A stretch of DNA of 62,950 nt, the filler included, from Reticulomyxa filosa (lineage: Eukaryota; Protista; Foraminifera), in NCBI GenBank assembly GCA_000512085.1. It is 20 parts of 20 records of this genome, joined end to end, with 100 filler letters (N's around TTAATTAATTAA, not from the genome) between each part and the next. Parts side by side here need not be neighbours in the genome. Positions count along the whole stretch, not along the records: positions 24,052 to 26,538 come from ASPP01028291.1; positions 26,639 to 28,033 come from ASPP01010071.1; positions 28,134 to 30,049 come from ASPP01014005.1; positions 30,150 to 32,099 come from ASPP01001939.1; positions 32,200 to 33,821 come from ASPP01014929.1; positions 33,922 to 34,980 come from ASPP01042136.1; positions 35,081 to 37,321 come from ASPP01021482.1; 13 more parts are not named here. One strand, given 5' to 3'. The notes below the pieces were generated by a model that saw nothing but the letters and a program-made list of their open reading frames with translations, searched no databases and was not told the DNA's origin. This document shows positions 24,310 through 35,908 of the stretch, one piece after another. Both the position numbers and the translations under genes were made by a program. The first letter of the stretch is position 1. Each line of letters opens with the position of its first letter.

Positions 24310-26538
24310 TCAAAATGTTCCACCACGTTGTTTTACAAGCAATTTTTGTTGAGGTGTTAAACCTTTTGTATCTTTCCAAATACTACTTTTCATTGACAAA
24401 CCAACTTGATTGCCCACTTTCCAAATATAGTCTACTGAACTCCTTTCAGTTACGTCAATAATTTTACCATTATCACTGCCCCATAATCGAATTGTTTTAT
24501 CCGTTGAAGATGAAATTAATTTTGAACCATCAGATGATATGTCAATGCTGCGAATAGCCCCATTATGTCCTTCCAATAATTGAATCTGCTTTCCTGAAGA
24601 TGCATCCCATATTCGAATAGTCTTGTCTTCCGAACGCGAAAAAATTTTAGAACCATCTGGGGATAATTTTATTCCGAATACCCAATCTGAATGTCCTTCT
24701 AGTATTTGAATCTGTTTCCCAGTGAATATATCCCAAATTCGAATTGTATTATCTGCTGAGCAAGATACAATTTTAGTATTATCTGGAAAAAATTGTGCAT
24801 CTAGTACAAATTGTTGATGTCCTTTTAACAATAAAATTTGATTTCCAGATGATGTGTCCCATATTCGAATCGTTTTATCATCTGAACATGATATGATTTT
24901 AGTACCATCTGGAGAAAAAGATGCATTACGCACCCTTTTTATATGCCCTTTTAATGATAAAATTTGGTTTCCAGATGATATATTCCATACTCGAATTGTT
25001 CTATCATCTGAACATGATACAATCTTAGATCCATCGGGCGAAATTTTTACTCTTTTTACACCATCAGCATGTCCTCTAAATAATTGGATCTGTCTTCCTG
25101 ATGATATATTCCATATTCGAATTGTTGTATCACCTGAGCATGACACAAGCCCGGAATTATCTGATAAAAATTGTATATCGTATATCAACCCAGAATGTCC
25201 TTTTAATAGTTGGAGCTGTTTTCCTGATAGTATATCCCATATTCGAATCGTTTTATCACTTGAATATGATATGACTTTGGAGCCATCTAATGAAAATAAC
25301 GCTCCACTACCTTCAAACACTTGAATTTGTCTTCCTGATTGTACATCCCATAATCGAATAGTTTTATCGTTAGAACGTGACACAATTTTAGAACCATTAG
25401 GAGAAAATTTTGTGTCCATTATGATACCTAAATCTCCTCCTGTTAACTGAATCTTTTTTTCTAAGGCTATATCCCATATACGAATAGTGTTGTCAAGTGA
25501 ACATGACAAAATTTTGTGGTCATTTGAAAAAAATCCCACACCAGTTATTGTACTTGAATGCCCTTCTAATACTTGAATTTGTTTTCCAGATGACACATCC
25601 CATAGTCTGATTGTATGATCATTCGAGCCTGATACAATTTTAGAACCATCAGATGAAAATCGTGCTATCGCTACCAGGTTCGTGTGTCCTTCTAACACTT
25701 GAATTTGTTTTCCAGACAACAGATTCCATAATCGAAGAGTATTATCATCGGAATATGATAATATTTTTGAACCATCTGGTGAAAATTGAATTCCATTTAT
25801 ATTCTCAGTATGTCCTTCTAATATTTGAATTTGCTGACCTGATACTACATCCCATCTTCGAATAGTTTTATCTTTTGAATATGATATAATATTTAATCCA
25901 TCGGGTGTAAAGTGTACACCAACTACATCATTTGAATGTCCTTCTAATAATTGAAGTTGTGTTCCAGATGATGCATCCCATATCCGTATGCCTTCATCTT
26001 CTGAACATGATACGATTTTGGAATAATCTGGTGAAAATTGCACTGTATTCACAGAATTTGAATGTCCTTCTAATAACTTAACTTGTTTTCCAGACGACAC
26101 ATCCCATATTCTAATAGTGTTGTCCAATGAACTTGACACAATCTTAGAACAATCTAATGAAAATTGTGCAGCACTTACAGTGAATGCATGTCCTTCTAAA
26201 ATTTGAATGTTTTGACCTGATAGTACATCCCATATTCTAACAGTTTTATCCCGTGAACATGACACAATTTTAGATCCATCATGTGAAAACTGTACTCCAC
26301 GTATTCCATCAGAATGTCCTTTCAATACACAAAGTTGATTACTTGACGCTGTGTCCCATATTCGAATAGTCGTATCACGTGAATAGGATGCTACTTTAGT
26401 TCTATCTGGTGAAAATTGAATTCCTAATACTAAATCTGAATGTCCTTCCAAATTTGCATATTCTCCAAAGTAAATACCATTCATTGACGCATTTGTGAAA
26501 TTGACTTTGGTTAAACAAGTTTGATAAAAACGCACATG
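24310..26538 (-). CDS. Highly repetitive WD40 protein (16 repeats) preceded by a pentapeptide-like segment; probable C-terminus of an NTPase-WD40 protein
   Basis: Sixteen ~42-aa GH...FSPDGSKIVSxSxDxTIRIWD units. N-terminal CLTKVNFTNASMNGIYFG and C-terminal GLSMKSSIWKDTKGLTPQQKLLVKQRGG. Intronless and 5' truncated. Confidence 0.92.
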   Translation of the reverse strand, partial: HVRFYQTCLTKVNFTNASMNGIYFGEYANLEGHSDLVLGIQFSPDRTKVASYSRDTTIRIWDTASSNQLCVLKGHSDGIRGVQFSHDGSKIVSCSRDKTVRIWDVLSGQNIQILEGHAFTVSAAQFSLDCSKIVSSSLDNTIRIWDVSSGKQVKLLEGHSNSVNTVQFSPDYSKIVSCSEDEGIRIWDASSGTQLQLLEGHSNDVVGVHFTPDGLNIISYSKDKTIRRWDVVSGQQIQILEGHTENINGIQFSPDGSKILSYSDDNTLRLWNLLSGKQIQVLEGHTNLVAIARFSSDGSKIVSGSNDHTIRLWDVSSGKQIQVLEGHSSTITGVGFFSNDHKILSCSLDNTIRIWDIALEKKIQLTGGDLGIIMDTKFSPNGSKIVSRSNDKTIRLWDVQSGRQIQVFEGSGALFSLDGSKVISYSSDKTIRIWDILSGKQLQLLKGHSGLIYDIQFLSDNSGLVSCSGDTTIRIWNISSGRQIQLFRGHADGVKRVKISPDGSKIVSCSDDRTIRVWNISSGNQILSLKGHIKRVRNASFSPDGTKIISCSDDKTIRIWDTSSGNQILLLKGHQQFVLDAQFFPDNTKIVSCSADNTIRIWDIFTGKQIQILEGHSDWVFGIKLSPDGSKIFSRSEDKTIRIWDASSGKQIQLLEGHNGAIRSIDISSDGSKLISSSTDKTIRLWGSDNGKIIDVTERSSVDYIWKVGNQVGLSMKSSIWKDTKGLTPQQKLLVKQRGGTF

Positions 26539-26638
26539 NNNNNNNNNNNNNNNNNNNNNNNNNNNNNNNNNNNNNNNNNNNNTTAATTAATTAANNNNNN
26601 NNNNNNNNNNNNNNNNNNNNNNNNNNNNNNNNNNNNNN

Positions 26639-27199
26639 TTTTTTTTTTTTTTTTTTTTTTTGCACATACCAAACAGCAATTTCGAATCTCAACCAATAAA
26701 ATAAAAAATGAAGGAAATTGTCTCGACGGTATGGCATTGTTGATGACAAGTCCAACGGATGAATGTTATCTTCCTTGTGATGCATTACAACGTGGTGGTT
26801 CTTGTAGCAGCCACACGGAATGCCCATCATTGGAGATAATACGTATTCTAATAATATGTTGTTCAGCCACACCGGTTGGATTATTGGCACGTGCGTTGAA
26901 AAGTGCAACGCCAAGATGAATCGACCTCCGAACATCGCGATACGTATTCCTGATATTATTGCCAAGACATACCACGGGGAGGTGTACAGCCAGGGCAACA
27001 ACAAGAAATTGAGTAATCCCAGTACAAGCACATTGAAATGACAGTAAAACAATGGCAAGTCTTTTGTCTTCACTTGCAACATGTCACTCAACCATTTTGG
27101 GGCTTCAAAAAAATATTCATTGCGAGTAGCTTTGGCGTCCTTTGCTGCTAACTGAAAAGCTAGTTGCTCATAACGCTTGTTTTTGGGGGTTGTTGACAT
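26639..27199 (-). CDS. Membrane fatty-acid-desaturase-superfamily protein, 3' truncated
   Basis: His boxes LHFSTH and HHVVMHH, TM segments, and DLSSTMPYRRDNFLHF. Confidence 0.75.
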
Positions 27200-27785
27200 G
27201 ATGTTATTAACACTTGAGAGTTCAGCTGGTTCTACATTTTGGAACTCTGTTTTATAAAGAATAAACACGAAAATATACCAAATTTGAAGACAGATACGGT
27301 TGATTTTAAAAAATGTTTGACTACATGCTAATTTTTTATGAGAAGCTAAATACTTTGGTGCTTTACCTGTCAACTTTTTTTTGTGTTCTACAATATACTG
27401 TAGAATATTTGTTTATTGATTTTGATGCTTGAAGTATGCCATGGAAAGTTAAAAAGTTGATTTGAGACTTTGAGAAACCTTCAAAAGATCTTTAGAAAAA
27501 ATCTTGGTGAAAAAAAGAAACACAGACTACAGGTTCGAAAACGCTTGTAATTGTAACCCCTTTTTTTTTGTGTGGTGTTTGTTTGCTTTTTCTGCAAAAA
27601 CTTGTTTTGGATTGTGCTGATTTTTTTATAACAAGCTTGGTGTTTATTTAATTTGTTTCTCTGTTATCCTCGCTGACATATGTTTAACCTTTTTGTTGTT
27701 GACAACTACTTCCTTTTTTTTTTTTTTTTTAATTATTTACAAAAACTGTTTTTGGATGTGACAGATTATCCCTTCAATCGAAACA

Positions 27786-28033
27786 ATGTCTTCACGAAGT
27801 GTATGTATTGAAGAATCGCAGATGGTATTAACCCAAGCGCCTTGCCCAGCGAAGATGATAACGACAACGACAAGCAACCCAAGCGATAATATCCTGTGCA
27901 GCTTATCCGAGTATTCAGAAAACAGTATGATTGACGAACACCTGTTGCCAGTATTGATGAGCGATGTATCGACATCCCCAACGATGACTAGCAGAAAATA
28001 CAATAACAATAACAATAACAATAACAATAACAA
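27786..28033 (+). CDS. Hypothetical protein, N-terminal fragment ending in poly-Asn
   Basis: ATG-initiated, coding-like ORF open to the contig end. Confidence 0.4.
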
Positions 28034-28133
28034 NNNNNNNNNNNNNNNNNNNNNNNNNNNNNNNNNNNNNNNNNNNNTTAATTAATTAANNNNNNNNNNN
28101 NNNNNNNNNNNNNNNNNNNNNNNNNNNNNNNNN

Positions 28134-29003
28134 TATTATTATTATTATTGCTATGACTATCTTCAACAGACATGACTTTGATGGGACACATGACGGTGAT
28201 CATCACATCAGTGGGTCGACTCCAACATAGGATTGCCTCTGACAATGGTTTTTGGAGTGCCTCTTTTTTGGGGGACTGCGTCTTCTCCTCCCCCTCCATG
28301 TTTTGTCCTTGCACATTTTCTTGCTTCGAAGATAACAGCGCCCATTCGATTCGCCACAAAAGGATGTACCCTTTAACATCGCCGGTGGCTAGAGTGAACG
28401 ACACATCGTCGATGCCAACCACACACAAAGCATTGATTGCAAATAAATGTCCGCTTTGTTGCACATTGTCTTGGGTCTCCTTCCAATTCTTTTTCGAAAG
28501 CAATGGTTTGCTTTTGTTCACGTCCGACAATGAATGTGCCGATGCATACAAGGATAACATACAATTGTTACTTTCCCATATTTTTATGCAGTTGTCGACA
28601 GACACGGTTATCAAGTACTCTCCCTCCGTTTCGTGCTTTATGTATTGCACGCTTGTTATGCGCTCTTCATGTCCGTGCAATTCGCCCAAAAACAAATGGT
28701 CGTTCTTAATTCCACCTTTTTTTATTAATCAAAAAAAAAAAAAAAATTAACGCTTTTTGTTCAGATATTTTCAAAAATAAGGACCACTCTTTTTTAACTT
28801 TGCGTGTTGCAAGGAGGATTGGTGTGCAGCAAAACTATCCAACGCGACGAACCAAACGCGAGGACCCCGTCTGAAGAACAATCTGCTATTCGAGGGAGAT
28901 ACCAGTTGGGTGCGCTTGAGAACATTCGAAATAGTGACAATGTATCATTTTGATTTCGACGTTGATAACCTGTCATGTCAAAATGAGATTTATTTGAGCG
29001 CAT
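28134..29003 (-). CDS. Gemin5-like WD40 protein, N-terminal part
   Basis: SSAPNWYLPRIADCSSDGVLAFGSSRWIVLL resembles the Gemin5 SPNWY N-terminus. Second exon has WD40 units (GHEERITSV...SVDNCIKIW; ATGDVKGYILLW). Confidence 0.65.
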
Positions 29004-29314
29004 GAAATGTGACGTCCCCTTTGTTTAGTGTGCGCACGGCAATATTCGTGCAGATATGCTATGTTTATGTGTGTCTGTCAACACTTTTTTGCAACTATTT
29101 CAAGAGGCTCAATCCGGGTTCCTTCAAAAGTTTGTTTAAATATTTTACAACAATTTAATTTGATTAACTTTTTGAAAATTTGTCTCACGCAACCATATGA
29201 AATTTCAAAAATTTTTTTGTCCAGAGGATTACAAACTTTTGCTGCCAAACGAAAACCGCAACTTTAAAAGCAAAACAGTTTTTTGCAATAAAGTTTTTCT
29301 CCTTCAAAAAAAAA

Positions 29315-30049
29315 ATGAACAGAGATAATAAAGAAGGACGACGTTTGTCCACCACGGGTCCGGTGACAAGTAGTTCTGTTCAAGACAGCAATCAAGGATA
29401 TGATCCGACAGGTGCTAATTCAACAAGCATTCTTTATTCGTTATTATGCATAATAGCAGTGCTGGCGGTGTCTTTCAATGAACCTGCGGATGCGAAAAAG
29501 ATACACTCGATTCAGTACATTAGTTTGTTGATCGTGACCTTTGCATTTTTGTACTTTGCTTACGGCCTGAATCAGCCAACGCAAGAGGAAGAGCAAGAAA
29601 AGCAGCAAGAATTGCAACAAGCGATACCTTTGGCAGGTGACATTGTGCTGGCGCTTACCAAATAAAGCCACATCTTTATTTATTTATTTTTTTTTTTTGG
29701 TAAGCATTTAAAAAAAAAAAAAAAAATGAATGTGTAATACGATTGGAACAAATAAGGTGAAACTGGTGTAACGCAAGAGTGGTACGACCAAATGGGAATT
29801 CTATTGAACAAGATAGCAACAATAGCAGTGGCGGCATTAGTGGTGTGGTTACTGGACAGTATACGTATTTCCTCGCCGTTGTCCGTGTGGCAGTATATGG
29901 CACAAAACGCTGAAAATGCATGGTTGTACGTGCTTAGCACATATAGTCATAAAGTTAAGACCCCCCCCCCCCCCCCCCCCCCCCCCCCAAACAAAAAAAA
30001 AAAAAAAAAAAAAAAAAAGGGACATTTGTGTAGAAGCCAAAATTGGAGT
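29315..30049 (+). CDS. Hypothetical multi-pass membrane protein, multi-exon, 3' truncated
   Basis: ORFs 29315-29665 and 29792 onward with hydrophobic segments; divergent from the Gemin5-like gene. Confidence 0.55.
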
Positions 30050-32199
30050 NNNNNNNNNNNNNNNNNNNNNNNNNNNNNNNNNNNNNNNNNNNNTTAATTA
30101 ATTAANNNNNNNNNNNNNNNNNNNNNNNNNNNNNNNNNNNNNNNNNNNNATGCATTATCCATTTGCATGGAACCAAGACTATTCGCAATTGGCTCAAGAA
30201 GCAAAGTCAATCTTCGATATGGATTCCACAATTTTTTTCTCTGGCATGCAATGAGATTATTGAAATTTTTCTTTATTTTTTGGTGAATTGACTATTGTAG
30301 CTCAAAATGTAACACACAGAAGCATGCCTTGATTAAGAAGCTTAAAAATAAAGAAGGTTAAATCTAAATGAATAAAAGTAAACAAGGAGGAAAAAGATGT
30401 TAACACTATCTAATTCCATTCCTGTTTTATCAACAACAAGACAAAAATAATTAAGGCAAAATCAATGTGATTATTCTCAGATAATGTAGTAGTGTATGCT
30501 TCAAACAATTGGACAGAATACACCATAAAATCATATTATATTAACTTTTACTTTTGTACAAAATGTCACTGTCTGTTAATTATGGTCTAAAATTTCGCAA
30601 TTTTTGAGTAACACCTGGCCAAAGTTGAGTTAAAAGGGCTTTCATTTAAAACTGTCGTACAACTATAGCAACAGAAAATGGTTTTGCAGACTGATTGGAA
30701 TAAAATGGTTTTGAAGAATATATCGATACAATTATTGAATGAAGAGGGATTATTGACAAGAAAGGCTTGAAGGTGGATTTTGATGAAATCTGCGAAATGC
30801 TTCTTCTATTCAATGAATAGAAAGATAAATTCAAAAGACGAATTGGATAACATTGGTAAAGCAGTCGGAATGAAATTAAGGTACTTGCGCAAATTTAAAA
30901 CTGTGGTTTTAAAGCAACAATAAAAGATCAAATTACTATTTTGATTTTCTTTGAGCAAGTTCCTGAAACGATTTTTGTATCTCCATGTAATACAGCAATG
31001 GTATCAGAGCAATGACTTTGGAAAATATAGTTCAAGGCGCTATGGGAGACATGAAAACGCAAAGTTCTGATGAACGTGACTTCTGTTTGAGCGTATGTTG
31101 CAAACAGTGAAAGTAGATTTATCCATATTTGCTGATGAACAAAAGCGAGGTCAAATCCATAAACATGCAATTGGATTTTATAATGATAAGTTTATTGCAT
31201 TCAAATTGCAACAGTTCATATCCAAAGTCCAAGACAGTACGTTGGCATTTAAATCGGTGGTGAATTCGGGAGCATAAAAAGCAGATTGGAGAAGTGCAAT
31301 CAAAAGCACAAGAAATGCAGAATTCTGAAATATTTGTCTACAAATACACTTGACATTTTCATTTAGTGATTTCACTACATCATATTCGAAATCAAACAAT
31401 TTAGAGTTGAAACAAGCGATGCAAAAAGAGTAATGAATTTGATATTCGTGGAAAGGAAGAAGAATTGGTATTTACATACAGATTGGCCAACAATGAAATT
31501 CTGATTCCTTGCCAGTAGACAAAGAAACCAGCAAAGAGAGAAACATACAGTGATAAATACAAAAATGCAAGCAAACAAGATATGTAGAGTGAACAATAGA
31601 GTCATTAAAATTTTTTTGTCCTCAAAACAAACAACTTATTCATGTATATAAATGGAATGAACGAATTGCAGATGCAAATGAAAGCAAATCACCATCATTG
31701 ATTGTACAATTTCAATGCAAATTACTAGAGCCTCTGGGGGAGATTTTGTATTACTTCACAATGGTGAAAATGATCAAGCACGTTATGCACGTTGCACTAC
31801 AAACAGTAATTTTGTTGAATGTATTAAATTTGGAGGCTATGATGCACTAATCAACTCGTTATCTGTATTTAATGCATCCATTCAAATTGTACTATATTTA
31901 AATGTGGAAATCGTTTTGATCAAGATATTGCCAAAATGTTTGAGAGATTCCAAAATGGAGTCCAGTTTTTACGTGGTGACAATGGCAAATTGTTCAGAGG
32001 CTGTTTGCTCATTGTCGTCAAAGATATCCCTCCGGCAGACACCAAATAATCCTATCAGAATTTTCAAAAAAAATTGCATCCTTTTGTCATGACAACACAN
32101 NNNNNNNNNNNNNNNNNNNNNNNNNNNNNNNNNNNNNNNNNNNTTAATTAATTAANNNNNNNNNNNNNNNNNNNNNNNNNNNNNNNNNNNNNNNNNNNN

Positions 32200-32381
32200 C
32201 GGCGCCCGCCACCGACCTCGTCTTCCGCGTCTTCGCCGGGCCGACCGTGATCGTCACCGGCAAGAGCCCGATCCTGAACGTCAAGGAACAGAAGACCTAC
32301 GACTTCCGCTGGGTGTGCGTGTACGTGACGGCGCAGGATGGGTGGCAGCTGGCGGTGAGCCAGGCGACGCGGCTCGTCTGA
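32200..32381 (+). CDS. Bacterial NTF2-like/DUF4440 protein, C-terminal fragment (not in the ORF track)
   Basis: High GC3; manual translation APATDLVFRVFAGPTVIVTGKSPILNVKEQKTYDFRWVCVYVTAQDGWQLAVSQATRLV*. Confidence 0.7.
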
Positions 32382-32477
32382 ATGCGCTCAATCGTCAAAG
32401 GCCTTTAACAACTAATCAATTGCCTACTTTGCCCGTCTTCCGCTCGATCATGAGTACGTTGTCGCGCGGCACCGATC

Positions 32478-32838
32478 TCAACTACCGTTGGCTGCGACCA
32501 CTTTCCTGAACTCATTGATCCAAAGCGCGTTTCTATCGTGCTCAGTTCGGCCAAGCCGCGTCGCAAGTTTAAAAAATCCCGGGCCCGGCATCGGATCTGA
32601 CTTATAAACGACCAAGACTGAAATCATTCCACGTCCGGCGGCATCCTCATCCTCCGACAACTGCCCTAGTAGTTCATGAAAAAACGTGGTCGTTGGCTTC
32701 GAATCTGATTGAAGCGATCTGCGCTGCTAGATCTGAATACGCAATAGTCTGCTCTCGACGCGCTTTCTTCTGAAGTATCTCCAACACTTCGTGCTTTGCC
32801 GCGTCCCACTGAGATTGCGGATATCCGAAAGATGACAT
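32478..32838 (-). CDS. Bacterial ~119-aa wHTH-like hypothetical protein with a 1-nt frameshift
   Basis: GGAGG Shine-Dalgarno just upstream of ATG 32838. Removing one base from the A6 run at 32679-32684 joins MSSFGYPQ...TIAYSDLA to GRGMISVLVVYKSDPMPGPGFF...*. Confidence 0.72.
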
Positions 32839-33163
32839 TCAACCTCCCCCAAGCATTACGGCCAACTGCACCCACGTGTCTTCGAATATTGCGGAGACCG
32901 CCGCTTGGCAGTTGTTCTATTCGATAGTCAGCGAGCCAATTGCCTTCGCAAGTTTGTCTCTAGGATCGTCAGCCATGCCAAAGCCTTCCCCCAAGAAGCC
33001 GTTTCCCCTAAGGGGCGAGTTTGCACTCGATGCCTAGGAGCGGTTCGAGTCGCTGATCCGGGTCGGCGGCCAAGATGGGCCACCAGCTGCATAACTCGAC
33101 TCCGCAGCACCCAAGACTGCGGTCAGGAAGAAGGCGACAAAGAAGGCACGGCGAGGCGATTAG

Positions 33164-33514
33164 CTACTTAATCTTGTTTCTAATGAGGAAGCCAACTAGA
33201 GCGCCACTCAGGAACTTGAAGCAATCCACTATCTGGCGCTTTAGCTCTGCATCCGAGCTGAATAGAAGCGCAACCCCCATCACGACCACAACAAAAGCCA
33301 GCAGGATGAAGACCAAATTCACCCTGCTGCCCGCCCCCCAGCCCAACACGCGCCCGAACAAGCCCGCGCGGGCTTTTTCTTGCTCCCACGCACTAAGTCT
33401 AGCGTCGTCAGTAACGGCTTGGATGTTCCGTGAATCTTGTTGAATCTCGGCGGGCGCTGCCGCCGGTTTCTTCCGGGCCGCTTTTGCAATCGTCTTCTCG
33501 GATCGCGGCGTCAC
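33164..33514 (-). CDS. Bacterial 116-aa two-TM membrane protein, putative toxin partner of the Panacea gene
   Basis: GTG start directly follows the upstream TAG. Two C-terminal hydrophobic helices (VNLVFILLAFVVVVMGVALLF; FKFLSGALVGFLI). Confidence 0.7.
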   Translation of the reverse strand: MTPRSEKTIAKAARKKPAAAPAEIQQDSRNIQAVTDDARLSAWEQEKARAGLFGRVLGWGAGSRVNLVFILLAFVVVVMGVALLFSSDAELKRQIVDCFKFLSGALVGFLIRNKIK

Positions 33515-33821
33515 CTAGAAATCGTCCTGCGAGTCCTTGTCCGCATCATCGGCGAGATCATCAAACCACTCTTTGATGCTAATGCGATTTATGCGCCCGT
33601 TCCGCTCCGGCTGATTGCCGTGATAGACGTTGAACCACGGCGACCCGGACTTATGAGTCAGGTTAATCAACTCCGGGCCGCTCCAATCGGAGTACCCATC
33701 CCAAACCTCTTGAATGACGCGCTCTTGCGAAGGCGTGAAATCGCCTCTTGCCAGCTCGATTTCTCCGTCAACAACCTCGCCCAATCGGGCGGTGATGGGA
33801 CGAGCACCGTACCCTCGCAGA
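33515..33821 (-). CDS. Panacea/SocA/GepA (DUF4065) antitoxin, 5' truncated
   Basis: VIQEVWDGYSDWSGPELINLTHKSGSPW...ISIKEWF matches the DUF4065 C-terminal pattern Y...S...L...TH....PW; frame open to the contig edge. Confidence 0.8.
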
Positions 33822-33921
33822 NNNNNNNNNNNNNNNNNNNNNNNNNNNNNNNNNNNNNNNNNNNNTTAATTAATTAANNNNNNNNNNNNNNNNNNNNNNN
33901 NNNNNNNNNNNNNNNNNNNNN

Positions 33922-34980
33922 AAAAATCCTTAAGTAAATCCTTAAGTAATTTGTTAAAAAATATCGTATGCCACGATCAAGTTGATTGTGGCACTTACCG
34001 GGGTGTTCAGTACTTTGAAGAAGAATTGCAAGTGGCTGCCGATGAAAACTTTCCCCTTAATAAAAGTTTTTATGTGAAAAGTGAAGAAAGCAGTTGGTGG
34101 CGAAACGTATTCGGAATGCCGATGATTGCCGAACAAACCGAGTCAAGGCAGTCAAAAATGCCATTGAAAAAATACCAACAAAACGCAAGCACACAATACA
34201 GACCATACACCAACCTCAAGCTAAACAAGATGACCCAAAGGTGACTTTAAAAACAACGTCATCAAATGAGACAGCGGGCACAACATCGTGGAAAAGATTA
34301 ATCATTGGAGGATTCTTTCGATGGAACAACCAATGATTGCGCCCGACGTATACGTGAGCCGGACGAAGTAAATTTTTTGCGCATAAGAAAAGATATTACG
34401 TCACCATCCGATTACCACAAATTATCCACTCTCTCTCGCCGCATGGAAGAAGCAGCAAACGAGCATATAATGCGTTCACACTCGGAGAATTTATTCCCCA
34501 ATCGTTCAAAAGAGGACCAGCACGTAAAATATTGGATCAACAGGCTGAACACACATCGATATTGGAGCGATTTTGGACCACGACACCAGACAGTAATGCA
34601 GAAGAAAAAGAAGACGAGCAAGGTAGAGTAAGGAAAGATTATATCATCTAGCGAGGACCGTTCCAGTGACAGCAAAGAACCAAGGAACCAAGAAACCAGC
34701 ATATCGATTTCATTGAGTATCCCCTCCAGCCAATCAAAATTCGCGATTTGGACTATGAACCTGTTGCCACCACAACACAACCGTATATAGAGAATGAGAT
34801 ACAAACATCCAAAGCAGAGAATACCGTAATCAAAAACACGATAAATCCACTGGCAATTGGAGGAACAATGCAAACGCACGACCATACTGATATGTAAAGA
34901 ATGATGTCATTCGGAACAGATATTATTCAACCACATTCGATTTCTGGAACCAATAAAACCCACGTAATAGAGGCGGCACC
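33922..34980 (+). pseudogene. Fragmented, intronless coding-like sequence of unknown family
   Basis: Chain of overlapping + strand ORFs (33951, 34094, 34305) broken by stops and frameshifts; no recognisable motif. Confidence 0.3.
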
Positions 34981-35157
34981 NNNNNNNNNNNNNNNNNNNN
35001 NNNNNNNNNNNNNNNNNNNNNNNNTTAATTAATTAANNNNNNNNNNNNNNNNNNNNNNNNNNNNNNNNNNNNNNNNNNNNGTTTTTAATGTGGAAATTGT
35101 CAATGTTCGTTTTTATACGACTTTTTACTTTATTCAAAAAAAAAAAATGGTGTACAG

Positions 35158-35908
35158 CTTTTGATCGATAGTAATGGATATCTTCTTATTACCGATTTTG
35201 GATTTGCAAAGAAAAGAAATGTGTAATGATTTGTACTCTTTTTTTTTTTAAAGATACTTTCTTCACAATTGACAGTTTCACTTTTTTTTTGTTTGCGTGT
35301 TAGAACCACAACACTGTGTGGGACGCCACAATACTTGGCTCCAGAATTGATCCACAATTGGGTTCAAGGTTTTGCTGTGGATTGGTGGGCATTGGGAATT
35401 TTACTGTTTGAAATGGTTGTGGGTCATCCTCCATTTGAAGATGATGAACATATCAAAATGTATGAAAAAATTCTCGATTACGACCCCGAATTTCCAGACA
35501 ACGTTTCTGCTGAGTGTCGAGATGTAATTCAACATTTACTTGAAAAAAATAGTTATCAGAGACTAGGGTCTGCCCAAGGAGCTCCTGAAATCCAAAGACA
35601 ACCCTTTTTTGCAGTTACTCTTACATAAATTCAAATAAATTACGTTTAAGTGCTTTCAGATATTTACAATACATATTTCGAAATTCCACTTGAAATAGAT
35701 CTTAAATTGGGAAAAGATGGCGGCACGGGAAATTCCTGCCCCTTACGTCCCAGATGAAAACTTGGAACTTAGTCTAGGTCAATCTCCTCAAGTTGCATCT
35801 ATACAAGATGATGGAGACGAAACAGATGAAGAAGTAAGTGACGAAGAGCATAAAGAAAAAGAAGATGATTGTGATTCCTATTTAATAGATTGGGACAATG
35901 AATTTTGA
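35158..35908 (+). CDS. AGC kinase (PKA catalytic subunit-like), 3' exons
   Basis: LLIDSNGYLLITDFGFAK | TTTLCGTPQYLAPE, VDWWALGILLFEM, RLGS, PAPYVP; ends WDNEF. Confidence 0.88.

Noticed and set aside
22052-26538. OAS-like and WD40 genes as a physically linked immune cluster
   Set aside because: A linker at 23952-24051 separates them. The only true neighbour of the OAS-like gene is the tRNA-binding-domain gene.
30150-32099. Short ORFs and possible SAM/WD40 remnants
   Set aside because: Stop-riddled, with no motif I can support.
32200-33821. Bacterial contigs as HGT into the eukaryote
   Set aside because: They are bounded by linkers with no host flanks, and have SD sites and operon spacing. 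Co-sequenced bacteria are the simpler explanation.
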